Positions 21,960-33,856 of a stretch of 64,000 nt of DNA are shown one piece after another (the first letter of the stretch is position 1; each line of letters starts with the position of its first letter). Both the position numbers and the translations under genes were made by a program. This stretch comes from Pirellulales bacterium. GTDB taxonomy: Bacteria; Planctomycetota; Planctomycetia; Pirellulales; PALSA-1355. The notes beneath the pieces are model-generated. The model saw nothing but the letters and a program-made list of their open reading frames with translations. It was not told where the DNA came from and did not search any database. Location of the stretch: the NCBI GenBank assembly GCA_963733035.1, contig CAVTBU010000005.1, positions 864,001 through 928,000 of the forward strand, read 5' to 3'.

Positions 21960-22033
21960 CGGCGCATAGCTCAGTTGGTTAGAGCGCGTCCCTGATAAGG
22001 ACGAGGTCCGAAGTTCGAATCTTCGTGCGCCCA
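21960..22033 (+). tRNA. tRNA-Ile(GAT)
   Basis: D arm TAGCTCAGTTGGTTAGAGC, anticodon arm CGTCC-CTGATAA-GGACG, T loop GTTCGAAT; first acceptor pair reads C:C (possibly a dropped G); CCA not encoded. Confidence 0.95.
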
Positions 22034-22121
22034 TTTTTGGTCAGGCCGCCCCATGTGGCGGCGGTTCCCGCAGGCACTTGGAATCCAGCCAGGGAGGGGG
22101 CCAGCAGTCGCTAGCAGCCAA

Positions 22122-22194
<73 letters not shown>

Positions 22195-22659
22195 TTTCTT
22201 CTGACGGTCACCTGTAAACCGGCCCGCGGCTGATTCGGGTATGCCGGAAACTTGGCGGCATGTTTCGCTGCCGTCCAAATTGCACACGCTCGTCTTTTGC
22301 CTATTGGGCACTGCGAAGTCCTCGCGCGACAGGCGCACAGAGTTGCGTCGTGGTGATCGTCGCGGTGTCGATTGCCGACAATCTCGATTTGTCGATTTCG
22401 CGTTTTTTGGGTCGCGGCGGTCCCGGCTTTGTCGGATTCGCGTCAGAGTGCCGTCCGAGTGTGATCGACCATCGTGGCCATGAACCGTCCGGTCGGGCCG
22501 CTGTCTGTTGATCATTTGGCGTTCGACGTGTTCGCGGTCTCCGAGGCATTCGCTTCGTCTTCCCCAAGTGCGTTGACGCCCTCGCCTGCGGTGACCAAGA
22601 TACCGTTTGTTCCGTATTTGCTTTTCCGGGCCTTTTGCGGTGGTGAAATTGTGACGGAT

Positions 22660-25622
22660 ATGGCTCGCTCGGCGATTGGCATCCTACTGTTAGTCGGTCT
22701 TCACGCAACTGTCTCAGGAGCGTCGGCCGACGACGTAGCGAGTCCGCTTGAGCCGAATGATGCGATTGCGTGTTTTCAAGTCGACGCAGGCCTGGAGGTC
22801 GAACTGGTCGCTTGTGAGCCAGACGTGGTCGACCCGATCGCGATTCGCTTTGACGAGGACGGCAGACTGTGGGTCGTCGAAATGCGCGACTACCCACACG
22901 GACCGTCCGACGGTCAGCGGCCGCTGTCAAAGATTCGTGTGCTTACCGATCAAGACGGTGATGGACGCTATGAGACGTCTCGAACATTCGCCGACGGTCT
23001 GTTGTTTGCCACGGGCATGCAGCCATGGCGAGGCGGAGTGATCGTCACGCTTGCTGGCGAAGTCATCTACCTGAAAGATACCGACGGCGACGACCGTGCC
23101 GATCTGCGAGAAACCTGGTATCAAGGTTTTGTCGCCGAGAATCCGCAGCTCAGAGCCAATCATCCGCGTTTTGGACTCGACCACCATGTGTATATCGCCA
23201 ACGGACTGCGCGGCGGCAAGATTGTCGATCCACGGCTCGAGAAAAGCGAAGCAGTGGAAATCAGTGGTCGCGACTTTCGCTTCGATCCGCGGGATGGGAC
23301 GTGCGAGGCAGTTTCCGGAAACGGACAATTTGGACTTACGTTTGACGATTTTGGCAATCGGTTTGTTTGCTCGAACCGGCAGCCACTCGATCATGTTGTC
23401 TTGGAAAACCGCTATTTGGCCCGCAATCCGCTGGCGGCCATTCCAGCAGTGCTCTCGCCCGTGGCGGCGCCAGGCGAACAATCGAGGGTTTATCCGCTGA
23501 CGAGCGCCTGGACGACGTCGAACTTACATGCCGGGCAATTCACGGCCGCTTGCGGCATCGACATCTATCGAGGAACCGCGCTTGGTGACGCGTACCACGG
23601 CAACGGTTTCACGTGCGAGCCGACCGGCAGCCTGGTGCACCGTGAAGTCCTCGCTCCGCAAGGGGCAACGTTTACTTCGAAGTCGGCGACCCCCCGCAAA
23701 GAATTCCTTGCATCGCCGGATTCCTGGTTTCGGCCAGTGAACCTGGAAGTTGGTCCCGACGGAGCGCTCTATGTGGTTGACATGTACCGGGCCGTCATTG
23801 AGCACCCACAGTTCATGCCCAGCGAGCTGCAGCAGCGGCCCGACCTGCGGCTCGGCGACGACCGGGGGCGAATCTATCGGATTGTTCCCAAGCGATTTGA
23901 ACGGCCGAGCCGACAGGTACACCTGTCGGCAGCGAGTACTGCCGAGGTTGCCGCACAATTAGCAGACGACAATGTCTGGCAGCGCGAGACGGCCGCCCGG
24001 CTGATTTACGAACGGCAAGACAAAGCAGCGGTCGCACCGCTGGAGAAATTGGCGCGAGAGTCCGACTCCCCCGCCATTCGTATCGCCGCACTTTGGGCGC
24101 TTGATGGGCTTGAGAGCCTTCGTGCAACGCTCCTTGCCAAGACGCTTGACGACGAAGCGCCTCATGTACGTGAGCAGGCGGTTGTACTGGCCGAGCCTCT
24201 GCTCAACGACAACGCCAAGCTCCGAGATCGAATCGTTGGTCTAGCGAGCGATTCCGATCCACGGCTCCGTTTTCAAGTGGCGCTGAGTCTGGGGGGCGTT
24301 ACTGCCAATGAGGCCATTCCGCCGCTGGCAGCGATCGCCGTGAACGGAGCCAACGATGTCTGGACGCGGAGCGCTGTGGCGACGTCCCGGCCGGAGTCTG
24401 TCGCGGCGATCCTGAACGTGGCGTTGCATTCGAACGAAGTGGCAAATGCTCGGTTCGATTCGTCCCAATCGCAAGCGATCCGCGAGCTAGCCGCGATCGT
24501 GGGAGCACGGCGCGACCCCGATGAAATCTCCTCGCTCATTCGTCAGGTTTGTGAAATCAACCGAGCAAGTCGCGAGGTTCGCGCGGCAACCCTGTTGGGA
24601 CTGGCCGACGGATGTAAACGCCGTGGCACAGCCCTATGGTCGTTGGTCGCCGCACTGCCGGACGGTGTGTCGCTGGAGAAGCTGTTGACCACGTTTTTTG
24701 ATGAAGAAGTTTCCACAGCAGAGAGCGTAGCCGCGCCTGAAATTGCGCGGCTACGCGCATTGGATCTGCTGGCTCACTCTCGTCAGCAGGCCGCGACCAA
24801 GGCATGCTTGCGGCTCGCAACTGAGAGTTCGTCGCAGCAAGTTCGAGTGCACGCGGCAGCGGCGTTGGCCGAACATCCTGACGAGTCTATCGCCCCTGCC
24901 CTGCTGGCGAGTTACCCAGAGCAGACACCCATCGTGCGCAGTGCGATTCGAGACTCGCTTGCCGTACGGCCCGAGGCGGCGAGGCAACTGCTGGACGCGG
25001 TTCGATCTGGTCAGATCGCCCGAGCGGAACTCGGCGCGGCCTGCGAGCGTCGTCTGATCCAGCATCGGAACGAAGGCGTCCGACGACTTGCGGCGGAGGT
25101 GCTGAAAACCGAAGTGCCGGCCGAGCGCCGCGCTGTTTTGACGGACTACCAGGGGGTGATTGACTTGCCGGCCGATCCGCGCGCGGCAAGAATCTGTTTC
25201 GACAGCATTGTGCTACCTGTCACCATATTGGCGATGTTGGCGTGGACGTCGCGCCGGACATCTCCGATTCGCGCGTAAAAACGCCCAGTCAGCTCCTCAC
25301 CGACATCCTTAACCCCAACCAAGCCATTGATAATAACTACGTGAGCTATACCGTGGCGACTTCCGACGGCAACGTCCACTCCGGCCTGATTGCCGCTGAG
25401 ACGGCCTCCGCAGTAACGCTGCGTCAGCCAGAAAACAAGACGCTGACGCTGCTACGCGCGGACATTGAAGCGATTCGTTCCAGTGGCGTTTCGCTAATGC
25501 CGGAGGGATTTGAGAAGCACCTCTCGCACCAGCAAATGGCGGATTTGATCGCGTTTGTGAAGAATTGGCGTTATCTGGAGCAACCGATTCCCGGTACAAT
25601 CGGAGCGAAAAGGGCCAAATAG
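22660..25622 (+). CDS. PVC-type membrane-bound dehydrogenase-like / haem-c (CxxCH) protein, 1-nt frameshift near 25181
   Basis: 'ELVACEPDVVDPIAIRFDEDGRLWVVEMRDYP', 'WFRPVNLEVGPDGALYVVDMYRAVIEHP', HEAT-like repeats; shifted frame reads 'RGKNLFRQHCATCH...SLMPEGFE'. Confidence 0.88.
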
Positions 25623-25647
25623 CCGATTCTTAAGTCGATCGCTCGCC

Positions 25648-26775
25648 ATGGCAAAGACGCGGCACAATTCGTTCTCACGCCGCCGATTCACGCAGGCCTC
25701 GCTGGCGGCCGGATTAGGTGCCGTCTCGGCGTTCTTCCCACGCGCATCGGCGCAACGACTGCCGGACGCTCGAGACGTGCCCTGGCTGGCCGAAATACAA
25801 CAGGCCCCTGCCAAGATACCCGCCGACGTGCCAAAGTTACTTCCGCTGTTGGTCGATCCGGGCCGGAACCCCATCCGCACGCTGCAGCACTGGGAGCAGC
25901 AACGCACCTATCTTCGCAATCAGTGGCGCGATCTGATCGGCGCCATGGAGCGGCCGAAGTTACGCCGACCGCCGACGTTCGAAATTCGCGAATCCGACCA
26001 AATCGAAGGAATCGTCCGTCGCAGGATTCGCTACGAAACCGAACGGGACATGCAGACCGAGGCGTATCTCATGATGCCATACAAGCCAAATCGCCGGCTG
26101 CCGGCAGTGGTCGTGCTGCACTCGACGGTCGACTATACGATTCGGCAGGGGGCGGGCTTGGAAGGTCGGCCGGAAGCAGCCTGGGGACTCCAATTGGCCA
26201 AGCGCGGCATGGTTACCATCTGTCCGCGCTGTTTCTTGTGGGACGACCGGCACACGAAGGATTTTACCGCCAGAGCCGAGGAGCACCGACGCCGACATCC
26301 GCTTTCGCGCGGCATCGCCAAAATGCTCTACGATGCTCAGCGTGCCGTTGACCTGCTCACTAGCCTGACTGAGGTCGACCCGAAACGAATTGGCGCGGCC
26401 GGGCATTCCCTGGGGGGAAAGGAAACGCTTTACCTTGCCGCGTTTGACGATCGCATTCGCGCCGCGGTCAGCAGTGAATGCGGAATCGGTACGACTTATT
26501 CGAATTGGAATGCGCCTTGGTATTGGGGCGACGACGAATTTTTCGGCCGCGAGCATCACGACCTGTTGGCAATGATCGCGCCGCGCGCATTTCTGTTGAT
26601 CGGCGGCAATTCGGCTGACGGCGATCGTAGTTGGCCGTTTATTGAAGCCGTGTTGCCGGTGTACCGGTTCTACGGCGAGCCGTCTCGCATCGGCCTGTAC
26701 AATCACGGACAAGGTCACACGATCCCGCCGACGGCCGAGCGACGCGTCTACGAGTGGCTCGAGACGTATCTCTAA
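25648..26775 (+). CDS. Tat-exported alpha/beta hydrolase (dienelactone hydrolase family)
   Basis: 'SRRRF' twin-arginine signal; nucleophile elbow 'GHSLGG'; C-terminal 'HGQGH'. Confidence 0.85.
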   Translation: MAKTRHNSFSRRRFTQASLAAGLGAVSAFFPRASAQRLPDARDVPWLAEIQQAPAKIPADVPKLLPLLVDPGRNPIRTLQHWEQQRTYLRNQWRDLIGAMERPKLRRPPTFEIRESDQIEGIVRRRIRYETERDMQTEAYLMMPYKPNRRLPAVVVLHSTVDYTIRQGAGLEGRPEAAWGLQLAKRGMVTICPRCFLWDDRHTKDFTARAEEHRRRHPLSRGIAKMLYDAQRAVDLLTSLTEVDPKRIGAAGHSLGGKETLYLAAFDDRIRAAVSSECGIGTTYSNWNAPWYWGDDEFFGREHHDLLAMIAPRAFLLIGGNSADGDRSWPFIEAVLPVYRFYGEPSRIGLYNHGQGHTIPPTAERRVYEWLETYL

Positions 26776-26777
26776 AA

Positions 26778-29700
26778 CTAGGCGGCCTGCGAATCGTCGC
26801 CGGCCTCGGCCAATTCGGGCTCGACCTCCTCCTCGACCCACAAGTCCTTGCGCACTCGGTCTGCCAACTCACCGTCGAACTCCTCAGCCGACCAGCGAAT
26901 CTGCTCAGTCCGATGCAAAACGCGACGACGACGCTTTCGCATTGGCGGCCGCGATGCCGGCTCAACGGGCGGGGGAGGCGGCGCGGTTGGCTGCACTTCC
27001 GGAATTTCCTCGGCCTCGATGTCCATCACGACCGGCTCCGGTTCGACAATTTCAGCTTCGAACTCCTCGACGTCGGGCTCCTCGACAACCGCTTCGGCTT
27101 CCACGACTTGCGGCTCTGGCTCGACCTCGACCAGCGGCTCCTCTTGCATGATCGGTTCGGGCTCTGGTTCGGCCTTCTCTCGTAACCGAGTGGGACGCGC
27201 GGGCGGCTCATCTGGCGAAGCTTGTAAGCGGTCGGGCAGATTTCGGACGTCCGCATTGACCTTGCGGAACAGTTTGGCGATGTGCTCGTGGCAGGTGAAG
27301 ATCAAAACCTGGTGACCACGCTTGGCGAAATCGCGCAGCACCAGAGCGGCGGCACGGGCCCGCGTCACGTCAAAATTTACCAGCACGTCATCGAGCACTA
27401 GCGGCAACTCCACGCCGCGCCGGGCGAATGAGCTGACCAGCGCCATCCGCAGGGCCAGGAAGAGTTGTTCGCGAGTCCCGCTGGAGAGTACATCGACCGT
27501 CAGGCTATGTCCTTCGTGATCATCGACCCGTAGGGAGTGCTCGCCCAGAGGCGTCCATACGCGTGTATATCGACCACCAGTAAGCTTCTTCAAATAGGTC
27601 GAAGCCTCGCGGAGCACCTGTGGTTGATGTTCGCGTTCGTAAAAGTCGCGGACGGCGACCAGCAGTAAGTTACAAACTGCCAGCACACGCCAGCGATGAA
27701 TGGCATCGGCTAGCCGCTTCTCGACAACCTCGAGTTCCAGATGCTTGTCCGCAAGCTGACGATCTTCGGTCATTTGCCGGAGGCGATGATTCATTTCGCC
27801 ACGCCGTTCCGCAGCTTCGCTTAGCCGGGTAGATGCGGCCCGACGAGCTTCACTGGCATGAGTTTCAAGTTCGTGCAGATTCTCGCCATCAGCCAGCCAT
27901 GAGGCCACCGGTTCGTGGGCCGCATCAGCAAGCGAGGCGGAGATCTCGCGGTCGAGTTGAGCGTGTTCGCCACGCAATCGCAGAGCGTCCGCCTGCAATG
28001 CCGCTCGTCGGCGAAATTCGATCGGGTCGAGCGTGCCCGCCGCCCGCAACAGTGACAAACGCCGGCGTTTTAGTTTGTTGCGCTGCGCACGAGTTTTTGG
28101 TAACGTTCTCGCAGTCTGCCGACTTGCTTCGTTAGTTCGCCACGTTGCTTGAGCAGCGATTGCTGCTCGGCCAATTCGCTTTGACACTGTTGCAACTGCT
28201 CAGTCGGCCGGGCGGATTTGGGTGTGATTCCGACCTGGCTCACGAGTTGTGAGACGCGTGCGGCAAGCGATTCGAACTCGATGCGACGGCGTCCTAACTC
28301 GGCTTTCTTGTCGGCAATCTCCGAACTAAGACCGGCCGCCTGACGCCGACCGCGGGTAAATGATTTGAGTTGGCGGGGCGGCAGATCGTCGGGAAGTCCG
28401 CTTTCAGCGAGCAGGCGTCGCCAATGGCGGCGAGTCTCGCGGCAGCGATTCCGAACGGCCTCAGTTTGCTGGCGCGAACGCTCAGCCGCGGCCGCGGCGC
28501 TGTCGCGTTCGGACTCCAGCGGCAGAAGTTCCTCGAGCTTGGCCAGCGACTTTTCAGCGGATTGCAACCGAGCGACGAGAGGGCCACCGCCGCGGGGCAG
28601 CAACTCGTCGAGATCGTCGCGGTCCTCTTTGGCCTGCTTGATTTGCTGGCCAAGCAAGTTTAGCTGCTGGTGGCACTTATCGACGCGTCCCTCAGCACTG
28701 CGTTCCATGCCGAACTTCATGAGTGCCGCGATGCCAGCCGCCCCCACGCCGATCAGGCCGACTGGCCAGCCAATGGATTCGCCCAGCGATCCCGGCAGTA
28801 GTTTGGCAGCCACGTAAATCAGCACCAGGGCGCAACCGATGACGAACATGCTGCCGAACCCGGCTAGAGCCCAGGTTGGCAGCATTTGTTTCTCCAGATG
28901 CTCTTGCCCCTGCTGTTCGAGTTCACTCTCACGGGCGGTCATCTGCCCGATGCGTTCGTCGAGCTGTACGCGTTTGCGAAGCATCGACACCAATTCGCCA
29001 GCTTCGGCCAGCGCCTCGGTCAGGGTGCAATTCTTGACTCCTCCGAGCGCCTCGTGCACACGACCGCCCACCGCCGCGGCTTCCTGCTCGGCCGCGGCGG
29101 CCTGCTGGTGCAGTTCCTGGGCCTGGCGGCGCGCCTGCTGCATTTCACGAGCGGCCTGACGAAGCTCATTAATCGCGCGCTTCGTGAGGGCTGGAGTCGC
29201 ACCACCGACCGCCCATTGCTTGTTGGTTTCTTCGCTATTGGCTTCGAGATCGAGGAGGTCGTTTTCAAGCTCGCGAATCTGCTTTTCGAGCGACGTCATC
29301 CAAGGCTGTTGCTCGGCCAATGCTTCGATCCGCAGCGAATGGCGTCTGAGAGATTCGTTAATTTTAAGTTCGGCTATTTCGCGTCGAAGCCTGCTTCGCT
29401 TGCGTTTGAGGCGCCTAGCACGTCGAGCATGGAGGGCCAAGCTCGATTCGATCCGTTCGAATCGCTCCAATCCATTCTCGGGCAGCGTCTCAACGTGTCC
29501 TAATAGTTGTAGTTGCTGGTCGAGCAAAGCGCGTCGATGCCAGCGATCCGAAAGCCCGTGGGCTAGCGCAATTCGCCGGGCATGTTCTTCCCAGCGGCCA
29601 TGTTCGGCCTTCAACGTTTCAATTTCAGCATCAAGACGCCGTCGCTCGGCGGCCAGCGAAAGATAGCGCATCGTCACTTGGCCGTATTCTTCCAGCTCGT

Positions 29701-30292
29701 CTTGTAACCGCTGGCGTTGGCCCAGCAGTTGGCTGACAAGCGAGGGCCGGTCATCCATGGCCAACAGCCGCTCGCGAGAGGCGCTAAGCTCCTTCAGCAC
29801 GTCGACCAGCGAGACACGATCGAGCCCCAAGGCCAGGCCGTAGAGTTCCCCTGCGGCTCGAGTGTCGCCGAGCGTGGCAAGTTCCTGGATTTCGTGCAGC
29901 CCGAATACGAACACGTTCTTGAAGGTCGGTTCGTCCACCTCTCCCAGCAAAGCGGACAACGCGTGCTCATGATCGAGTGCATGGCGGTTGCCACGCGCGA
30001 CGAGAAGTTGTCCCAACGGGTTCTCCTCATCGGCATAGCGGGCAATCGAGTACTGTGCTTCGCCGGCAACCAGGTCGATCGTGCCGCCGGGCCGACCGCC
30101 GCCGAGCGGCGGCAAATAGCGTTCTTTTCGCTCTGGAGAAAAACCAAAGAACACCGAGCGGACAAACTGCATTAGCGTGGTCTTGCCGGCCTCGTTGGGC
30201 CCATAGAACACATTTAGCCCCGAGGACAGCGACTCAATTCGCAGCCCACTCCAGACGCCAAATCCGTCGACGGACAGGTCGGTAATTCTCAT
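26778..30292 (-). CDS. YhaN/Rad50-like SMC-family ATPase with central TM hairpin (1-nt frameshift near 28080)
   Basis: Walker A 'GPNEAGKTT', long coiled coils, signature 'LSSGTREQ', Walker B 'LVLDDVLVNFD'; start overlaps the nuclease gene stop. Confidence 0.88.
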
Positions 30293-31512
30293 AGCCGCTC
30301 CTCCGTCGGGCTGAGCAGATCAACACCCAAAGCTGCGGCTTCGGTCAGCACTTGACGCCGCAATTCTGGATCATTGAGCGCTGCCAAGGGAGCCAACGCA
30401 CCGGCCAAGTGGCGTTCGGCCAGGTAGGCTTCCAGGCTGAGCGGCTCCTCGAGGTTTTCCAGTTGCTGCTGCGCAGTGCGCAGGAATTCGCCGAGCAGCG
30501 TCTCCTCCTCGTAAAGGTCCTCGGGCAGTTCCGGTTGGTCCACATCCAGCGAGAGAGACCAGGCGGCTGGTTTTTTCGAGCCGTGCTCGGTGCGAAGGCG
30601 CGACAGCAGATCGCCGGGATGATTGCCAGAATGCAGCGATCGGGCCATGGCCTCGCTGCCTTCAATCGTCCAACTCACGAGCAACTCGGGTCCAAACGGA
30701 TCGATGAGCAGTTCGCCGACGCGTTCGTTGAGCAATTCCGTAAGTGAACCGATGGGCGTGGAAGGACCGACAACGACACGCTCGTGCGAATAGCGTACAG
30801 CATCCGTCGGTAAGAACGTGGTTCGCACGCGCCCGGTTTCGTCGACTTGCACAAGCGTACAACCATGCGGACCGCTTTCCTCCGGGGTCCTGCCCTGTGG
30901 CGTACCACAATAGTGCGCAGTGACCGTTCCACCGATCAGGGTTCGTCGGTCATGCTCACCGCCCAACGCCCAATACGCGATTGCATGTCGGGCCAGGGTT
31001 TCAGGATCGGCTATTCCGTGGGCAACCGCGACGGCAAACAGTCCGTCGGCGGCGTGAAAATCGGCGGCAGCAATTCTCTTTTGGTGATTGCCGCTGGTGC
31101 CAAGGATTTGCACCAGCGGCTCACCGGCCCGGTGATGAACGATACGTTCGACGCGTTCGACATCGAATCGATGGACGGTGTCCGGTAGAGGCCACAGGTC
31201 GGTCCACAATTCAAACCCATCGAGGGGACTGCCGGCCCAATAGACGCGAATGCCGACGTCCGCCAGCTTTTGAAATTGTGTCTCCAGAAATTCGATCGCA
31301 CGTGGTCCCGCCGCTCGCGGATTCAGCACGTCACCGGCGAGGACGACAAAATCAACGCGATGTTTGAGGGCCGCGTCGAACACGCGTTCGGCCGTCCGAT
31401 AGGCCGCGTCGGCCACGACTTCTCGCAGCTGGTCGGGAATCTCCGCCAAGCCGCCTAGGGGACGTTCTAAGTGTAGATCGCCTGCATGCAAAAATCGGAA
31501 GGTAGGGTCCAT
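30289..31512 (-). CDS. Mre11/SbcD/YhaO-like metallophosphoesterase (DNA repair exonuclease family)
   Basis: 'FLHAGDLHL', 'VDFVVLAGDV', 'AVAHG', 'YCGTPQGR..EE.GPHGC.LV'. Confidence 0.85.
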   Translation of the reverse strand: MDPTFRFLHAGDLHLERPLGGLAEIPDQLREVVADAAYRTAERVFDAALKHRVDFVVLAGDVLNPRAAGPRAIEFLETQFQKLADVGIRVYWAGSPLDGFELWTDLWPLPDTVHRFDVERVERIVHHRAGEPLVQILGTSGNHQKRIAAADFHAADGLFAVAVAHGIADPETLARHAIAYWALGGEHDRRTLIGGTVTAHYCGTPQGRTPEESGPHGCTLVQVDETGRVRTTFLPTDAVRYSHERVVVGPSTPIGSLTELLNERVGELLIDPFGPELLVSWTIEGSEAMARSLHSGNHPGDLLSRLRTEHGSKKPAAWSLSLDVDQPELPEDLYEEETLLGEFLRTAQQQLENLEEPLSLEAYLAERHLAGALAPLAALNDPELRRQVLTEAAALGVDLLSPTEERL

Positions 31513-31639
31513 CGCAGCCCTGCTCGTGTTGTGTGCGAATCGAGTGGCCAGCTCGACCTGGAAGTTTAACCAAGCGAGGCAAAAGGGGCCACCCGAGTTT
31601 ACCTAACCGACAAAGACATCGGACCTTGGGTATCTCGTA

Positions 31640-33706
31640 CTATGGGTGGCGACGAGGCCCATTGGTCTTCTTTGGTCGACGCGATGGCTGCGGTGTCGAC
31701 TTGCCATCGGGTTTAAAGCGACGAGTGTGGGAACTGTCATTATTATCTGCTACCGAGCGAGACTGCCGGGCCTGGGGACTATCGGCTTGGCCCGTAAGCT
31801 CGTAGAGAAAGCGACTGGGCACCGTCGGGCGTGCCTTTCCCCATTTCATTCGCGAGAGGGACAAACTGATTGTCAGACGATCCTGTGCTCGAGTGATGCC
31901 CACGTAGCACAGGCGGCGTTCCTCGTCGATTGCGGCACCCTCCATTTCCACTGAGCGGCGATGCGGGAGTAGCCCTTCCTCCATGCCGACCAGGTAGACC
32001 TGCGGAAATTCTAGCCCCTTGGCACTGTGTAGTGTCATCAGGGCAATGGCGTTGCGTTTGAGTTGGGTTTCCTTGTCCTGGTCGCCGTCTCGATCACCAA
32101 GTGCCACATCATCCAGAAATCCACCCAGCGTTGGCTTCTTGGCACGCTTCTCATATGTCGCCAGCGCGTTGACGACCTCCTCGACGGCCGCCCAACGGGC
32201 TTGCTGGTCCTGCGGGTCCTTGTAAATGCGTGCCAACTCGTCCTGATAGCCAATCGTGCGGATTAGGTCGGACGCAATTTCGACAAGTGACTCGGAACCG
32301 ATTCTCGCGCGAAATGCCTCGATCAGGGCCCGCAACTTCAGCGTCGCCACAACGGCTGGGGTGGGCAGGCCCGCGATCCGACGGGCATTGGGTAAAACCT
32401 CCCACAGCGGCTTGCCCTCAGCAACGGCGCGCTCGATCAGCGCCTCTTGAGTTTTGGCGCCGATCGCTCTGGCGGGTGTGTTCAGTACGCGTCGTAAGGA
32501 GACTTCATCGGTTGGTGCGACCAACACCTTCAGATATGCCAGGACGTCGCGCACTTCCTTGCGGTCGTAAAACGACATGCCGCCCACTAGGACATAGGGA
32601 AGTTTGGCCTTGCGAAGTTCCGCTTCGAAAGCCCGCGGCTGTTCGTTGGTACGAAACAGGATTGCAAACTCGCGCGGATGTGCACGTCCCGTGGCCAATT
32701 GAGCCGCGATATCGGCGACGATGGTTTCGGCTTCGACTTCTTCGTCCGGACACTGTAGGATTTGCGGCTTCTCTCCGCCCCGCCGCGCCGGCCGCAATAC
32801 CTTGTCGTGTCGAAGGCTATTGAATCTGATCAATCGGTTGGCCAACGTCAGAATTGCCTCGGTCGAGCGGTAGTTTTCTTCCAACCGTACCACTTTCGCG
32901 TCTGGCCAATCGTGCTTGAATCGCAGGATGTGTGACACTTCAGCCCCGCGCCAGCCGTAGATCGACTGATCGTCGTCACCCACAACGCAAAGATTACGAT
33001 GACCCTCTGCCAGCGCGCGCACGATGCGGTATTGGCTGGCGTTGGTGTCCTGGTACTCGTCGATGAGCAGGTGTGAAAACCGGTTGGCCTCTGCCGCCCG
33101 GACGTCGGTAAAACGAGCGAAGAGTTCTTCGGTGCACATCAGCAAGTCGTCGAAATCGACAGCGCCCGCTTGTTTGAGCGCCTTCTGATAGCGGCGATAG
33201 CCCATCGATGCCAGATGTTCCTTGTCGGTCGTGGCCACCGACGCGGCCTTCTCGGGGCGAATCGAATGCGTTTTCCAGCGGCTGATGAAGCTGATCAAAT
33301 CGCCCGGTCGCAGGGCTTCGTCTGGCACCTTGATCTCACGCAAGGCCGTCCGGGCAACACTTTCCTGATCGCCACGATCGTAGATGGCGAACTTGGCCGG
33401 GTAGCCGAGCCGCGGGGCGTGCCGACGGAGGATGCGGACGCACAGAGAGTGAAACGTAGAAATCTCTGGTTTCTCCCGCTGCTTCTTGCCCAACAAACCG
33501 GCGGCCCGCTCCTGCATTTCGGAAGCGGCTTTGTTCGTAAAGGTGACGGCCAGGATCTTGCTTGGCCGCGCGCCGTGTTTGATCAATTCGGCAATGCGGT
33601 AGGTCACCACGCGCGTTTTGCCAGTACCAGCGCCCGCGAGGACCAGGAGGGGCCCGCGCAAGGTCGTCACGGCCGCATGCTGTGCAGGATTTAGACCGTG
33701 AGACAT
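31640..33706 (-). CDS. UvrD/Rep/PcrA family ATP-dependent DNA helicase
   Basis: 'LNPAQ', 'LAGAGTGKT', 'TFTNKAA', 'IDEYQDTN', 'VGDDDQSIYGWRGA', 'TLHSAKGLEF', 'EERRLCYVGITRA'. Confidence 0.96.
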   Translation of the reverse strand: MSHGLNPAQHAAVTTLRGPLLVLAGAGTGKTRVVTYRIAELIKHGARPSKILAVTFTNKAASEMQERAAGLLGKKQREKPEISTFHSLCVRILRRHAPRLGYPAKFAIYDRGDQESVARTALREIKVPDEALRPGDLISFISRWKTHSIRPEKAASVATTDKEHLASMGYRRYQKALKQAGAVDFDDLLMCTEELFARFTDVRAAEANRFSHLLIDEYQDTNASQYRIVRALAEGHRNLCVVGDDDQSIYGWRGAEVSHILRFKHDWPDAKVVRLEENYRSTEAILTLANRLIRFNSLRHDKVLRPARRGGEKPQILQCPDEEVEAETIVADIAAQLATGRAHPREFAILFRTNEQPRAFEAELRKAKLPYVLVGGMSFYDRKEVRDVLAYLKVLVAPTDEVSLRRVLNTPARAIGAKTQEALIERAVAEGKPLWEVLPNARRIAGLPTPAVVATLKLRALIEAFRARIGSESLVEIASDLIRTIGYQDELARIYKDPQDQQARWAAVEEVVNALATYEKRAKKPTLGGFLDDVALGDRDGDQDKETQLKRNAIALMTLHSAKGLEFPQVYLVGMEEGLLPHRRSVEMEGAAIDEERRLCYVGITRAQDRLTISLSLSRMKWGKARPTVPSRFLYELTGQADSPQARQSRSVADNNDSSHTRRFKPDGKSTPQPSRRPKKTNGPRRHP

Positions 33707-33856
33707 GGAACCGTCAGTAACATCCGTGTGTGGAGTGTACAACCCAAGCGACTCAGGATGTTAGCTTTCGCCGACCAAAAGCGAAAGGGCCGGCTCAGCG
33801 CGATTGGCGTTCCGGGTGCCGGGAACTGACCGTGCCGGCGCCACTTGGCGATCGCG

